Source: Candidatus Hydrogenedentota bacterium (GTDB taxonomy: Bacteria; Hydrogenedentota; Hydrogenedentia; Hydrogenedentales; JAEUWI01). Taken from it: a stretch of DNA of 64,000 bases. Below, one piece after another: positions 44,878 through 55,724 of the stretch. A program made the position numbers and the translations under genes. How positions within the stretch are numbered: position 1 is the first letter of the stretch; each line of letters starts with the position of its first letter. Under the pieces are notes generated by a model. It was not told the DNA's origin. It saw nothing but the letters and a program-made list of their open reading frames with translations, and did not search any database. The stretch spans positions 80,471 through 144,470 of the forward strand of contig JAHBVV010000004.1 in NCBI GenBank assembly GCA_019637335.1, read 5' to 3'.

Positions 44878-45321
44878 CTATGCCTCCCGGGCAAAGACCG
44901 CCTGGTTCGTGTACGGGTCGAAGGGCACGGAGCCGTGTTCGTGGACGATTACCCAGGCATTGCCGCGGCGCTCGAAGATGGCGGTGGCGCGGAGAAGGGT
45001 CTGGGCGGCGGGGTGATCGACGGGCAGGTCGACAAAGCGCCAGAGCCAGTGCGCGGCGGCCATGCCGGGGCCGGCGAAGACGCGCAGGTCTTCGGAGACA
45101 ATCCGGAATCCTTCGGGCATGTGCGGGAAGCACTGCTCCCAGCCCTGGCGGAGGATTTCTCGGCCCCGCGCGACAAAGGGCGGGATGGCGTCAAAATAGA
45201 CGAGGTCATCGGCGTAGAAATTCAGGATGGCGTCAACATCCCGGGAGGCAATGGCGCGGTCGCGCTCCTGGATGATCGTGCGGACTTCTGCTTCGGTGGT
45301 GGTTTCGGCGGTGGTGGACAT
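44878..45321 (-). CDS. SnoaL-like / NTF2-like domain protein
   Basis: VRTIIQERDRAIASRDVDAILNFYADDLVYFD... is a ketosteroid-isomerase-like pattern. Confidence 0.65.
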   Translation of the reverse strand: MSTTAETTTEAEVRTIIQERDRAIASRDVDAILNFYADDLVYFDAIPPFVARGREILRQGWEQCFPHMPEGFRIVSEDLRVFAGPGMAAAHWLWRFVDLPVDHPAAQTLLRATAIFERRGNAWVIVHEHGSVPFDPYTNQAVFAREA

Positions 45322-45589
45322 GGGAAGGCTCCTTTGTGAATATCATTTCCTATCTTGTTATATCGACGAACGGGGCCTTCAAGACAGGACATAACGGGGG
45401 GAGGGCGGTGTGACCCCGGCCGGGACGCACCTCCGCGATCGGGTTTTTGTCGTTGGCGGGGGGCTGGTTGGACGGTGGGTATGGCGCCCGGGGTGTGGCG
45501 GGTGTGCGCGGATACCCTCCCCTGGGTGTGCGTGATCGCGTGACTCGGAGGCCGGCGGCGCGAGGGCCTGTTGCGCTGTTGCTTCGCTA

Positions 45590-46768
45590 TTATTCCGCGT
45601 CGAGCCAGTCGACTCCGATTACCGTGTGCGCGATGGTGTTGCCGGCGTTGCTCTTGCGGGTGTAGGAGAGGTGCAGCATGCCGTCACGGGCCTGGATCAT
45701 GGACGGATATTCAAAGGACTGTGCGTCGCCGTCCGCTTGTTCGACGAGGCGCGTCCTCGCCCAGGTTGCGCCTTCGTCGTCGGAGACTTTGAGGACGAGC
45801 CGGTCGCGCCCTTCTTCGAGGTCGTTGCAGAGCATGAGCCAGCGGCCATCGTGAAGCGCAATCACCTGCAGGCTGGAGCTGGGGTTGGGGATGTCGATAT
45901 CCATTGCGGGCGTCCAGGTCAGACCGTTGTCGTTCGAGGTCGAAATCTGCACGCGTTGCGGGGCGTTGCCCTCGTCGCGGAACCAGGCGACCAATTCGCC
46001 GCTCTTGCGCCGCGCGATGGTGGGCTGGGTGGGGCCATAGCCGACGATGGGCGCGCTGGCATGCCAGGTTTCGCCGAGGTCGTCGGTGTAGCCGACAAGC
46101 GAGAGGTTGAAGCCGTCGGAATAGAGCGGCAGCAGTATCCGCCCGTCCGGCAGGACGGTGGGGTGGTTGCGCGTCATCCAGCCTTTCTGGCGTTTCATCT
46201 TGTCCTTGGCGGCCTCCACCAGGTATTCCTCGTAGGGCAGCGCATACTCCGCCCAGCAACCCTCCACGGCGCCGAGTTCGTCGAAGCCACGTTTGATCGC
46301 GTCGGGGAAGCCATCGCCCGGCTTCAGAATGATGACATCCTGCCAGGACCAGTTTGGCGCGCCCTCGCCCTGGTAGTCCTCGGCCCGGCGGTATTTCAGC
46401 AGGCAATGCTGCCAGCCATTCGCCACGACCGGGACCCAGAAGAGCCACAGACGCTCCCGGGCGTCAACGAAGAGCACCGGGTTGCAGTCGGGCAGGTCCT
46501 GTGTGTCGGCCATGAGGAAGACGGGGCTCCAGGCGTCGGCGCCGGCTTTTTTCCGCGCGCCCTGAATCACCACATCGTTCGCGGTGCGCTCGCCGGTTCC
46601 GTGGAACCAGGCGACGAGCAGATCGCCATTCGGACACTCCACGATGCTACTGCTGTGGACATGCTTCTCTTGCGGCGGAAAGATGTTGTGAACCTCAAAG
46701 ACCGGCGCTGCGAAGGCGCTTGCGGACAGGCACAGCGCACCCGTCAGCAGTTGGTGTAGAGCATTCAT
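45590..46768 (-). CDS. secreted BNR-repeat / sialidase-like glycosidase
   Basis: Signal peptide MNALHQLLTGALCLSASAFA. BNR-like motifs (SNDNGLTW, SDDEGATW, TDDLGETW). Confidence 0.7.
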   Translation of the reverse strand: MNALHQLLTGALCLSASAFAAPVFEVHNIFPPQEKHVHSSSIVECPNGDLLVAWFHGTGERTANDVVIQGARKKAGADAWSPVFLMADTQDLPDCNPVLFVDARERLWLFWVPVVANGWQHCLLKYRRAEDYQGEGAPNWSWQDVIILKPGDGFPDAIKRGFDELGAVEGCWAEYALPYEEYLVEAAKDKMKRQKGWMTRNHPTVLPDGRILLPLYSDGFNLSLVGYTDDLGETWHASAPIVGYGPTQPTIARRKSGELVAWFRDEGNAPQRVQISTSNDNGLTWTPAMDIDIPNPSSSLQVIALHDGRWLMLCNDLEEGRDRLVLKVSDDEGATWARTRLVEQADGDAQSFEYPSMIQARDGMLHLSYTRKSNAGNTIAHTVIGVDWLDAE

Positions 46769-46904
46769 GATTTCGATCCCCAGTATGTTATGGTTTCCCA
46801 CCAATCTGACGGCAGCATATCCGAATTCGCCCGTGGCCGGCAAGCCGGTTGATTGCCAGGGCAATCGCATTTAGACTTCCAATTTCAGCCGAGCGCCCTA
46901 TGAA

Positions 46905-47240
46905 GCACCTTCAAAGTTAGGTAACACTTTAGCCGTATGAAATAGCGCCAGCCCATTCTTGTCATGCCGCGACACTACGACGAGAGCGCGCAAGGCTGGG
47001 AGCGCAGGCGTCCCCGCCTGCAATGCACCGGAGGTGCATGGCGCGTTTGCAATATCGGCACACTTGATCGGCGAGAGAATTGGAGCCGGACTACCGCTGA
47101 TTAGCAGACTCGCGCCTCCGGCGCGTTGCGGGCGGGCCGCCCGCGCTCCCATTCGTCCGCACTTCCGTTGCGGCGCGGGATTGTATCGTCGAGGAATCAA
47201 GCCAGCTTCATTCCGCTAAAGAATTACTCTGTTAAAAAGG
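46905..47240 (+). repeat. ~330-bp ORF-less repeated element, copy 2
   Basis: See 34265-34600. Confidence 0.7.
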
Positions 47241-47454
47241 GCGCGTGTTGGAGCGCTGGCATTTCGCCTGCGGCGAATCCCTGACCTTGCCGGCACAGAT
47301 GCCGGCGCTCCAAAACGCTCACTATCGTTGATTCAAGGTTCCGAATCGACTCAAGTTTACGCCCATATACCGAAATCGAGTTGAAATGCGATTGCCCTGG
47401 GTTGATTGCGGTGCGCCCGGCGTCTCCGCCGCGCGCGGGGCGCCCCACTTTTCT

Positions 47455-47660
47455 TGTAACACTTTAGCGGTCTGAAGTGCGGAACAGTATGTGTTCTTAC
47501 TAATGGAGCCGGCGCTCTCTAGCTGAATTGCGCCTGCGGCGCAATCTGCCGGCGCTCTGCAGTTGTATTGCGCCTGCGGCGCAATGCCGGCGGGCCGCCG
47601 GCGCTCCATAGTTGCAAGTCGCTTTGGATTGGCCACCGTACTTCGTTCGGCTAAAGTGAT
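47455..47660. repeat. REP-like element of the 13.0-kb family: conserved 5' motif, ttgcgcc-tgc-ggcgcaa hairpins, conserved 3' tail
   Basis: ttgtaacactttagcggtctgaagtgcggaacagtatgtgtt ... aagtcgctttggattggccaccgtacttcgttcggctaaagtgatac. Compare 13000-13560. Confidence 0.6.
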
Positions 47661-47838
47661 ACCTTTTCTTGAATTCCCGCGCCGGAATTGCCTGATTTGC
47701 CCGGCATGCGTTCCTGTCCGACATAAGTGGGAAAGAACGAAAATATTCGTGGCAATTCCGGGCGTCGCATGCTAAACTTAATCCGTGTGGCGAGGATGAG
47801 ATTTTGAGGGCTTGGGGTAGCGGCGCGGAGGAAGCAGC

Positions 47839-48495
47839 ATGCGTTGGGCAATCTTTATCATACCGGTGTTTTCGTTTTCGGGCTGTTTTGTTGATCTGTT
47901 GATGACCTCGGCGATCACCTCGGACATGGCGGCCAACAATACCGCCGAGATCATGGAGACCATGGGCGAGGCCCAGAAGGATCTGGACATCGCGCTCCTG
48001 CGCAACGCGATCCAGGCGTATCAGGCCGAGAATGGGGCCTATCCGCGCGATTTGCAGCAACTCGTTCCGAACCATCTCGCCGCTGTACCGCTGCTGCCCG
48101 ACGGCCGCCCCTACGGGTACAATCCCGTTACGGGCCAGGTCTTCGAGAATGCGGACGGCCCCGCCCCCGCCGACTACCTGCTGATGGAATCGATTAACGC
48201 GGCGATTTACAACTATGGGACGCGAACCGGGTTCTATCCGGCGTCGCTCGACGAACTTTATCCCAATTTTCTGCCCACACCGCCACGGACGGCGAGCGGC
48301 CTCCAGTTCCTGTACGACAACCAGACGGGCCGGGTGACCCATCCGGACGCCGGTCGAGAGCAGGCCCACATTGCCGCTGACGACGAACGCGCGCGTACGC
48401 CCGTTTCCGCCGTGAACGCCGTCGGCGCGCTCGATCCGGGCGATCTGAAGAACTCCGACAGCCTCAACCGGGCCCTGGACCGCATTGGCTACTAG
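47839..48495 (+). CDS. putative lipoprotein with two GspG-C-terminal-like (pseudopilin-fold) repeats
   Basis: N-terminus ...FSFSGC. Repeated IQAYQAENGAYPRDLQQLVP... and NYGTRTGFYPASLDELYPNFLP... resemble T2SS pseudopilin globular domains. Confidence 0.45.
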   Translation: MRWAIFIIPVFSFSGCFVDLLMTSAITSDMAANNTAEIMETMGEAQKDLDIALLRNAIQAYQAENGAYPRDLQQLVPNHLAAVPLLPDGRPYGYNPVTGQVFENADGPAPADYLLMESINAAIYNYGTRTGFYPASLDELYPNFLPTPPRTASGLQFLYDNQTGRVTHPDAGREQAHIAADDERARTPVSAVNAVGALDPGDLKNSDSLNRALDRIGY

Positions 48496-48873
48496 GCGGT
48501 CGCCCGGAACGGCCTTTCTTGACGCTTCGGGTCACCCATTAAGGATGAAAATGGACGGGCGCTTCGCCGCCTGGCGGGCGGGGACGCCCACCACGGCGCG
48601 TCTTCGACCTGCGCTCCCAGCCTTTGACGATCCCTTGGGAGAGATGCTGTAATCTGGCTTGTATGAGGCCGTTGCGGAGATGCCGAGGTGTTTTTTCGGA
48701 GCAGGCCCGGCCGGATACGCGCCCTACCATACGGAAAGAAACGGCTCCAGGATTGGCGATTTCTGTAGCTCCTTTTTGCCTTGCCGGGGCAAAATTTGAC
48801 TTTTCCGTGCTGATTTTCCTACGATCTCGTACGTTCGAGTCGAAATCAGTTCCTTTTCCCGGAAAGTCCCCGC

Positions 48874-50421
48874 ATGAGCACCGCCGCGCCCAAGATCCGC
48901 AACGAAATCTCCGAACTCGCCCTTCTCTTCGATATCAGCCGTATCCTCGACCGCAGCATGGACTTGCGGGATGAGCTGGGCCCCGTATTGAAGGCGATCA
49001 CCGAGCACACCGGTATGTTGCGCGGCACGATCACGCTCGTGAATCGGGAAACGGGCGAATTGTTTATCGAAGCGGCCCACGGGCTCTCGGGCGATGAGTT
49101 GGAGCGGGGCCGCTACAAGCCCGGCGAAGGCGTGGTGGGCAAGGCCGTGAAGACGGGGCGCCCGGTGGTGGTCCCCCGCATTGCGGAGGAGCCGCTTTTC
49201 CTGAACCGAACCCGCTCGCGGGAGGATGAACGGGACAATGTCTCGCACATCTGCGTGCCGATCCGGATGGAGACCCAGGTAATCGGCGCACTGAGCGCGG
49301 ACCGGCCCTTCACGGACGACGAATCCCTCGACGAGGACGTTCGGCTCATGTCGATTATCGCTTCGATGATCGCGCAGGCGGTCCGGCTCCGGCAGGAACA
49401 CCAGGACGAGCGGAAGCGTCTTTTGGAGGAGAACTCGCGGCTGCAGAGCGAGCTCCAGGAGCGCTTCCGGCCGGCCAACATTATCGGACGTTCGGGCGCG
49501 ATGCAGGACGTGTTTGATCTGATTGCCCAGGTGGCGAAGAGCGACGCGACCGTGCTCATTCGCGGCGAGAGCGGTGTGGGCAAGGAGCTGGTGGCGCACG
49601 CCATCCACTACAACAGCCAGCGCGCCGCGAAGCCCTTTATCCGGGTGAATTGCGCGGCGCTTCCGGAATCGGTCATCGAAAGCGAGCTCTTCGGCCATGA
49701 AAAAGGCGCGTTTACGGGCGCCACCCAGCAGCGCCGCGGGCGTTTCGAGCTCGCGAGCGGCGGCACCATATTCCTCGACGAAATCGGGGATCTTTCGCCG
49801 CAGACGCAGGTTCGGCTGCTTCGCATTCTTCAGGAGCGCGAGTTTGAGCGGGTGGGCGGCCAGGAAACGCTGCGGGTGGATGTCCGCGTTCTGGCGGCGA
49901 CGAACCGCGATCTCGAATTGATGATAAAGTCGAATGGGTTCCGGCAGGATCTGTACTACCGCCTCAACGTTTTTCCGATCCACATCCCCCCGCTGCGGGA
50001 GCGGCGCACGGATATCCTGGAACTCGCCAATTTCTTTGTGGAGAAGTACAGCAAGGCCAACCATAAGTATGTGCGCCGGATATCCACACCGGCCATTGAT
50101 ATGCTGATGAGCTACCACTGGCCCGGCAATGTGCGGGAACTCGAAAACTGCGTCGAGCGCGCTGTGCTCCTCACGAACGACGACGTTGTTCACGGCCACC
50201 ACCTCCCTCCCACCCTCCAGACGGCCGAGGCGTCGAACACCCCCATGAAGGGCACCCTGGAAGAGTGCCTGGAACGGGTCGAGCGCGAGATGATCATCGA
50301 GTCTCTCAAGCACTCCAAGGGAAACAAGGCCAAGGCGGCCCGGGATTTGGGTATCACGGAGCGGCTCATGGGACTGCGCGTCGCCAAATACGGCGTCGAC
50401 ACGCGCCAATACCGGAACTGA
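48874..50421 (+). CDS. sigma-54-dependent transcriptional activator with N-terminal GAF domain (NifA-like), Fis-type HTH
   Basis: GAF region, then AAA+ sigma54-interaction domain ([46 protein letters not shown]). C-terminal [19 protein letters not shown]. Confidence 0.9.
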   Translation: MSTAAPKIRNEISELALLFDISRILDRSMDLRDELGPVLKAITEHTGMLRGTITLVNRETGELFIEAAHGLSGDELERGRYKPGEGVVGKAVKTGRPVVVPRIAEEPLFLNRTRSREDERDNVSHICVPIRMETQVIGALSADRPFTDDESLDEDVRLMSIIASMIAQAVRLRQEHQDERKRLLEENSRLQSELQERFRPANIIGRSGAMQDVFDLIAQVAKSDATVLIRGESGVGKELVAHAIHYNSQRAAKPFIRVNCAALPESVIESELFGHEKGAFTGATQQRRGRFELASGGTIFLDEIGDLSPQTQVRLLRILQEREFERVGGQETLRVDVRVLAATNRDLELMIKSNGFRQDLYYRLNVFPIHIPPLRERRTDILELANFFVEKYSKANHKYVRRISTPAIDMLMSYHWPGNVRELENCVERAVLLTNDDVVHGHHLPPTLQTAEASNTPMKGTLEECLERVEREMIIESLKHSKGNKAKAARDLGITERLMGLRVAKYGVDTRQYRN

Positions 50422-50593
50422 CCCGGGGCGGACTGGCATGGCCATCTGGGAAGGCGGCCCTGGCGGGCGCGTTGTGGATGCGTGGCGCGCCGGCCCTTAT
50501 TTTGGGTCCGGGATATAGTTGATGATCCGTGGAATGCCGCGGAGGCCACCACAACATCTGGTACTTTTATTCATTTTCCCTTTTTAGAACACT

Positions 50594-50622
50594 TGACAAG
50601 GGCGTTTGAGTCTAGTAAACTG
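50594..50622 (+). promoter_or_regulatory. putative sigma70 promoter in AT-richer stretch
   Basis: TTGACA-N17-TAAACT. Confidence 0.3.
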
Positions 50623-50701
50623 TTTACAAAACTGCTAGCTTTATGGTTAATCGCGCCCAGGCTAGCGCAAATCTCGGTAACAAGCCTTGGAGGCCAGATT
50701 C

Positions 50702-50896
50702 GTGAAACACCTGACCCGCATGTCCAAGACGCAGCCGGTTCGTGCCGACGCCGTACAGGATTTCATTTGCTTCACTGCCCAGGGGATTAACGCATTCCTT
50801 TCCATTATTGGTGGTTTGCTGCCCTTCACCACGTTCATCGAGCAGAAATGCGCGATTCCCGTCCCCAATGATCCGGGGTCCGGGCCTGGAAACTGA
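50702..50896 (+). CDS. small hypothetical protein (~64 aa), hydrophobic core
   Basis: GGAGG RBS 8 nt before GTG. ...AVQDFICFTAQGINAFLSIIGGLLPFTTFIEQKCAIPVPND. Uncertain. Confidence 0.25.
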   Translation: MKHLTRMSKTQPVRADAVQDFICFTAQGINAFLSIIGGLLPFTTFIEQKCAIPVPNDPGSGPGN

Positions 50897-51135
50897 TCCG
50901 GCGCTGCCGGCGCCAGAGGCGCCGCCCGCCCCGTTTCATTACTGTATGAAACCGCTGGCTGGAATCGCCGCATCCGGGAAGCTGCGGCGGCGAGCCGAAT
51001 CGCACAGCCGCCAGCGTGGCCTGTTTTTGGTATAGTGTACTAGTGATTGAGGAGCGCCCGCAGCTCGCGTGAGCCCGTTTCCAGACTTCACAACATACCG
51101 CGTTGCGACGAGATCGCCGTGAAGAGGTGGCTGAA

Positions 51136-51762
51136 ATGCTTAGACAATCTGCACGTAGAATCCTTCTGTGCGGCGTGATCGCCGGTCTGGCCCTCGCGCT
51201 CAGCGGCTGTCCCCTGGCAGGCGGGGGCCCCGCGTTCATTCGTGACCGGGCGCTCGATTCCGCAATTCGCGCGGCGCTCGGCAAGCCGCTGGGCATTCTC
51301 TCCCAGGCGGACCTGCTCAACGTGACGGAGCTCAACGCGGCGGGCCTCAACATCCAGACGCTGGATGGCATTGAGGGGTGCAGGAACCTTACGGTGCTCG
51401 ACTTGCGATCGAACAGCGTCGTGTCGATCACGCCTCTGGAGAACCTCATCAATCTTCGCGTGCTTGACCTCGGCAACAACCGGGTCAAGCAGATCAGCGC
51501 GATCTCCGGGCTCTTCCTGCTGGAAGAGTTGACCCTGTCGGGGCCAAACATGGATATCGTGGACTGGTCCCCCCTGACCGCGAACGCGGCCAACGGCGGG
51601 CTGGGGGCGGGCGATACCGTCATATTGCCGGTGAACACGACCCTGGATTCCCAGGGGCAAGTGCTCGACTACTGGGAGCAGGACTATCTCACCCTCATCA
51701 ATCTGGGTGTAAACGTGCTCTTTGATGACATGCGGACGGAGACCGGCGCTCCGGGCGCGTGA
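51136..51762 (+). CDS. leucine-rich-repeat lipoprotein
   Basis: Lipobox LALSGC. LRR units LxxLDLxxNxVxxIxPL x ~5. Confidence 0.75.
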   Translation: MLRQSARRILLCGVIAGLALALSGCPLAGGGPAFIRDRALDSAIRAALGKPLGILSQADLLNVTELNAAGLNIQTLDGIEGCRNLTVLDLRSNSVVSITPLENLINLRVLDLGNNRVKQISAISGLFLLEELTLSGPNMDIVDWSPLTANAANGGLGAGDTVILPVNTTLDSQGQVLDYWEQDYLTLINLGVNVLFDDMRTETGAPGA

Positions 51763-51855
51763 CGGATCTCGCACGACATTTCTAATTCCGGTGGCGCGGC
51801 CCCGCACCCTCGCAAGGGGAGCAAGAGAACAAACGCTTTTATTGAGGTAGGCACA

Positions 51856-54800
51856 ATGGCTGGATGGAAATCGCGTGTTGGGAAGCTGGCGCTGGTCCTG
51901 GCTGCAACCTTGGTCGCGGGATGCCCGCTGGAGCTTTCGCCCAGCCTGAGCGCGACGCCTGGCGCCATTGATTTCGGGGCGGAACAGACGGCCAGCAATA
52001 TTTCCCTGCGAAATCTTGGCGGCGGTACGCTTGAATGGACTGCGCAGACGGTGACGCGCGCCAATGTCGACGCGCCGTGGACACCGGGCGACATCCCCTG
52101 GCTCACGCTGAGCGCCACGAGCGGGTCTATCGGCACGGCCAACCAGAACCTCACGCTTACGGCGTCGCGGCAGGGCCTCAGTTCCGGCCTCTACACCAAC
52201 ACCGGCGTGGAGATTACGAGCAATGGCGGCACGGTAACGGTGCCGGTGTCGATAACGGTGCAGTCGGCGCTTCGCGTGTCCCCATCCACGGTATCGCTTT
52301 CGGCGACCGACACGTCGGCGGCCTTCACCATCCAAAACAACGGAAACGCGCCGCTGAACTGGAGCCTGGCGTACCTCCCGGATCCCGAGGATCCGGAGAC
52401 CATCATCGCGTTTCCCCCGGGCTTCACGGTCAGCCCGGGTACGGGCACGACCCAGGCATCGTCCAGCACGCCGGTCACCTTGACTTTTCCGGCGGGCCGT
52501 CAAAGCTTTGGGGTTCTGGTCAACTCGAATTCCGGATCCGAACGGGTTACCTTCCGCATCGGCGCGGGGCTCACCGGGTTTCTTATCAGCCCCTCGACAC
52601 TGCGGGTGTCGAATGCGGGCGCCAGCGCGCCATCGCAGCCGGCGTCGATACTGACGATCGAAAACACGGGCAGCACCCCGATCAACTGGACCATCCGCCT
52701 GGCCGATCGCCTTGACAGCGGCGCCACGCCGCCGCTGGCCGCCACGCCGATCGTTGGAAGCACCGCCGTTGGCGCGGCAAGTGAGGTTTCGGTCCGTATC
52801 ACGGCGCCAGGCAGCGTAATTCAGGGCGACGGCCGCTACGAACTCATCGTACGTTCCGGCGAAGCGTTCCACTCGGTTCCGATTGTCATCGACGTGCTTC
52901 CCCTTCCCCAGATTGTCTTGTCGCGCCCGCCGGACAGGCAGGTACTCCAACCGCCGGTTGTACGGGCCACCCTGCTTGATTTCGGAATTGAGTCGATCCA
53001 GCAGCAGTTCTGGGTCGTCAATACGGGAAGCGTGGACTCGGAGCTCTTTTTCGAAGTCACGCACGATGATCGGGATGCGGCGCGCCCGCTGATAGCTTCG
53101 GTTTCGCCGCTTCGCGGCAATACCAATGGCCCGGACCAGGATTTCTTCCTGCCCGATCAGCAGTCGTACACCGACGGCGTGCCGGTCACGGTCACGATTG
53201 ATCGCAGCGCCCTGGTGGAGGATGTCGAAACGCGGACGATTACGGTGCGGGCCTTTGATCGCAGCTTCAGCAACCGCGTCTCCACGGTGGAGCCGGTGAC
53301 CATTCAGGTGCGCGTTGAGAAGCAACCCTTCGTCATCACCGGGGCCCTGAACCGCAGCCGCCCGCCGAACCTGCTGCGATTCGTATTCAGCAACCGCGAT
53401 GATCTGGGGCGGATCGTGCCGCTTCAAACCCGGGCCGACCGGGACCGGCTTGCCTACGATATTTTCGAGGACGAGATCCCGCTGGATCTGAACGAAACGA
53501 GCCAGTTCCTGACTTTTGACTACCGCGGGAACGTCGTGCTCATGCTGGACTACACCGGGAGCATGTACCGCGCTGGAACCACCGGCGAAAACGCACTGCG
53601 GAATGGCGAGGCGGTGGAACTCATGCGGGAGGCGGCGCGGGCCTTCATCGATGACCTGCCCCCGAATTTCCAGCTTCAGTTGATGTACTTCAGCGATCGC
53701 ACCCGGGAAGACCGGGTTATTCAGCCGTTCACCCGCGATCGCCAGCGCCTGCGCGACGCCCTGGACCGGTTCACGCTCTCCCCCGCCCTGTTCGGCGTGT
53801 CGGACATCTACGACGCGCTCGGGGAGGCCATGCGGGACCTGGCCGAGGAGGATCCGGCCGGGGTGCTGCCTTTTGACGACGCGGACGTGCGGGCGGTGGT
53901 GTTTATCACCGACGGTGAAGACAACGTATCCGGCCTGAGCCTGAGCGACGTGCAGAGCCGCGCGGAAGAAACGCGCACGCGCCTCTTTCCGGTCACCTAC
54001 AGCCCGAACGGCGATCCGGTGAATATCGGCGATATGCTGGAACTGTCGAGCGCGTCGGGCGGCTATTTGTACAGCGTCTCCACGGTTGCCGATCTTCGGA
54101 ATGCCCTGGGGACCCGGAGCAATATGCGCCTGTTGCCCCAATCGGGGACCTTTAACGGGCGCGCGGGATTCCTTATCGAGAATTTCAGCCCGCAGGCGAT
54201 TTTCTATGAAGTCACCCGGGACGGATCCTCGCCGTGGCTCGGCGCGATCACGGAACCCACCGGCGTCGTGGCTGGCAACGCTTCGAAGCAGATTACCGTC
54301 GCCCTGAATCCGGGCGACGCCGATCCCGGCACACTACTTCAGGGTGCGCTCCGTGTGACCGCCGGCAACGGCAACGGCACGGTGGCGGTCCAGTTCCGCG
54401 CGGGAGCGAACAATTCTGTCTCGAACGTCGCGACCGCGGTTCGGGATGAGCCGGGTACGATCTGGGAGGAATTCAACAACCAGTCGGTCGTCACGTATAT
54501 GACGCCGAAGGAGGCGCCCTTCGCGTATTTGCTCTCCGGCCGCTACCGCCTTGACGACGGGCGCCTGATAGAGGGCGCGTTTGAGCGGGACGGTACGTTC
54601 TTCATAGGCGATCCGATCGCGGGGCAGGTTTCCCTGCGCACCGCCGGTATTTTCGAAGATCTCACGACGGTGGACCCGGAGCAGCGTTACCGCGCCGAAG
54701 TGTATGTATACGCGGACTACGTTCCGCGAAACGTGACGGCGTTCTCGTTCCGTTTCCACCTGGTGGCGCCCGACGATATCCCCGCCGAGAGCGCCGCCCT

Positions 54801-55659
54801 GCTGGACGGCATTCGGATGCAGGTGGCGCTGGCGGCGGACGGCATCCTTGCGGACGATAACGTGGGGACCGCGGACTGGCGCCTGATCTCCGATGGTGAA
54901 GGCCGTTACCGGATCATCACGGATGAGGAAAACTCGCTGCCCATTGGCTCTTTCGGCAATCTCCTCAAGCTGACGTTCACGAATCTCGGTGATTTCGTGA
55001 GTTCCTTCGGGAATGGCGCGCGCCAGCCGGAATTCCAGGTCGCGATGCGCATGGACAACCAGATCTACGTCTCCCCCGCGTCGGAGCGCCAGCCGTCCGG
55101 CACGAAGTTCTTCCTCTATCCCGGAGGCCTGGCGAACGCGAACCGGCGCCTGTCGGTGGAGTTCAACCGCCCGGATATTGCGGCTCCCGCCGAGGAACTC
55201 GGTTTTCTCAGTGGCATCGAGGGCTTCGATCCGGAATCCGCCTTCGCCTTCGATATCGACGAGGACTCCTTCCCCGATTTCAACGATCCGTTCCCCTTTG
55301 ACGATCAGCGTCCGGGCACCCCGATCCTCCCCAATCCGTTCGAGATCGCCGGCAATGTGAACACCTTCACGTTGACCGTGCGAAACACGACGCTTGACCG
55401 CTTCAACTGGGCCGTGAACGCCGCGACGCTGCCGGCGTGGCTGCCTGCTTCGCAAATCCGGTATGGCGAGGCCATGGGCCTGGTCCCGCGCAGCACCTTG
55501 CTACCGGGCGAATCCGAGACGGTCCATTTTGTGGTGGATCGGAGCGGACAGACGCCGGGAACGACCGAGACGGCCCTGGTTGAATTCGATTTGAGCAGTA
55601 GCGAATACACGTTCTTCGTGCCAGAAAGCATACCGATCACGCTGATCACGAACCCGTAG
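51856..55659 (+). CDS. giant surface lipoprotein (1267 aa): tandem Ig-like beta-sandwich repeats flanking a vWA domain
   Basis: Lipobox LVAGCP. Repeats of the form L-FG....L-I-N-G-G-L-W......WL..S..SG. vWA/MIDAS at VVLMLDYTGSM...VVFITDGEDN. Confidence 0.85.
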   Translation: MAGWKSRVGKLALVLAATLVAGCPLELSPSLSATPGAIDFGAEQTASNISLRNLGGGTLEWTAQTVTRANVDAPWTPGDIPWLTLSATSGSIGTANQNLTLTASRQGLSSGLYTNTGVEITSNGGTVTVPVSITVQSALRVSPSTVSLSATDTSAAFTIQNNGNAPLNWSLAYLPDPEDPETIIAFPPGFTVSPGTGTTQASSSTPVTLTFPAGRQSFGVLVNSNSGSERVTFRIGAGLTGFLISPSTLRVSNAGASAPSQPASILTIENTGSTPINWTIRLADRLDSGATPPLAATPIVGSTAVGAASEVSVRITAPGSVIQGDGRYELIVRSGEAFHSVPIVIDVLPLPQIVLSRPPDRQVLQPPVVRATLLDFGIESIQQQFWVVNTGSVDSELFFEVTHDDRDAARPLIASVSPLRGNTNGPDQDFFLPDQQSYTDGVPVTVTIDRSALVEDVETRTITVRAFDRSFSNRVSTVEPVTIQVRVEKQPFVITGALNRSRPPNLLRFVFSNRDDLGRIVPLQTRADRDRLAYDIFEDEIPLDLNETSQFLTFDYRGNVVLMLDYTGSMYRAGTTGENALRNGEAVELMREAARAFIDDLPPNFQLQLMYFSDRTREDRVIQPFTRDRQRLRDALDRFTLSPALFGVSDIYDALGEAMRDLAEEDPAGVLPFDDADVRAVVFITDGEDNVSGLSLSDVQSRAEETRTRLFPVTYSPNGDPVNIGDMLELSSASGGYLYSVSTVADLRNALGTRSNMRLLPQSGTFNGRAGFLIENFSPQAIFYEVTRDGSSPWLGAITEPTGVVAGNASKQITVALNPGDADPGTLLQGALRVTAGNGNGTVAVQFRAGANNSVSNVATAVRDEPGTIWEEFNNQSVVTYMTPKEAPFAYLLSGRYRLDDGRLIEGAFERDGTFFIGDPIAGQVSLRTAGIFEDLTTVDPEQRYRAEVYVYADYVPRNVTAFSFRFHLVAPDDIPAESAALLDGIRMQVALAADGILADDNVGTADWRLISDGEGRYRIITDEENSLPIGSFGNLLKLTFTNLGDFVSSFGNGARQPEFQVAMRMDNQIYVSPASERQPSGTKFFLYPGGLANANRRLSVEFNRPDIAAPAEELGFLSGIEGFDPESAFAFDIDEDSFPDFNDPFPFDDQRPGTPILPNPFEIAGNVNTFTLTVRNTTLDRFNWAVNAATLPAWLPASQIRYGEAMGLVPRSTLLPGESETVHFVVDRSGQTPGTTETALVEFDLSSSEYTFFVPESIPITLITNP

Positions 55660-55724
55660 ACGGAGTACAGAGAGAAGGTATGGTGGCGACACGAATGAGT
55701 CAATACGAAGATAAGGAGTTCGGG

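Noticed and set aside
48724-50445. 573-aa - strand ORF
   Set aside because: It is antisense to the sigma-54 activator gene.
51780-51800. sigma-54 promoter for the giant lipoprotein operon (TGGCGC-N5-CGCA)
   Set aside because: It is too degenerate in a 65% GC background. Not reported as a feature.
51088-54141. 1017-aa - strand ORF
   Set aside because: It is antisense to the LRR gene and the giant lipoprotein gene.
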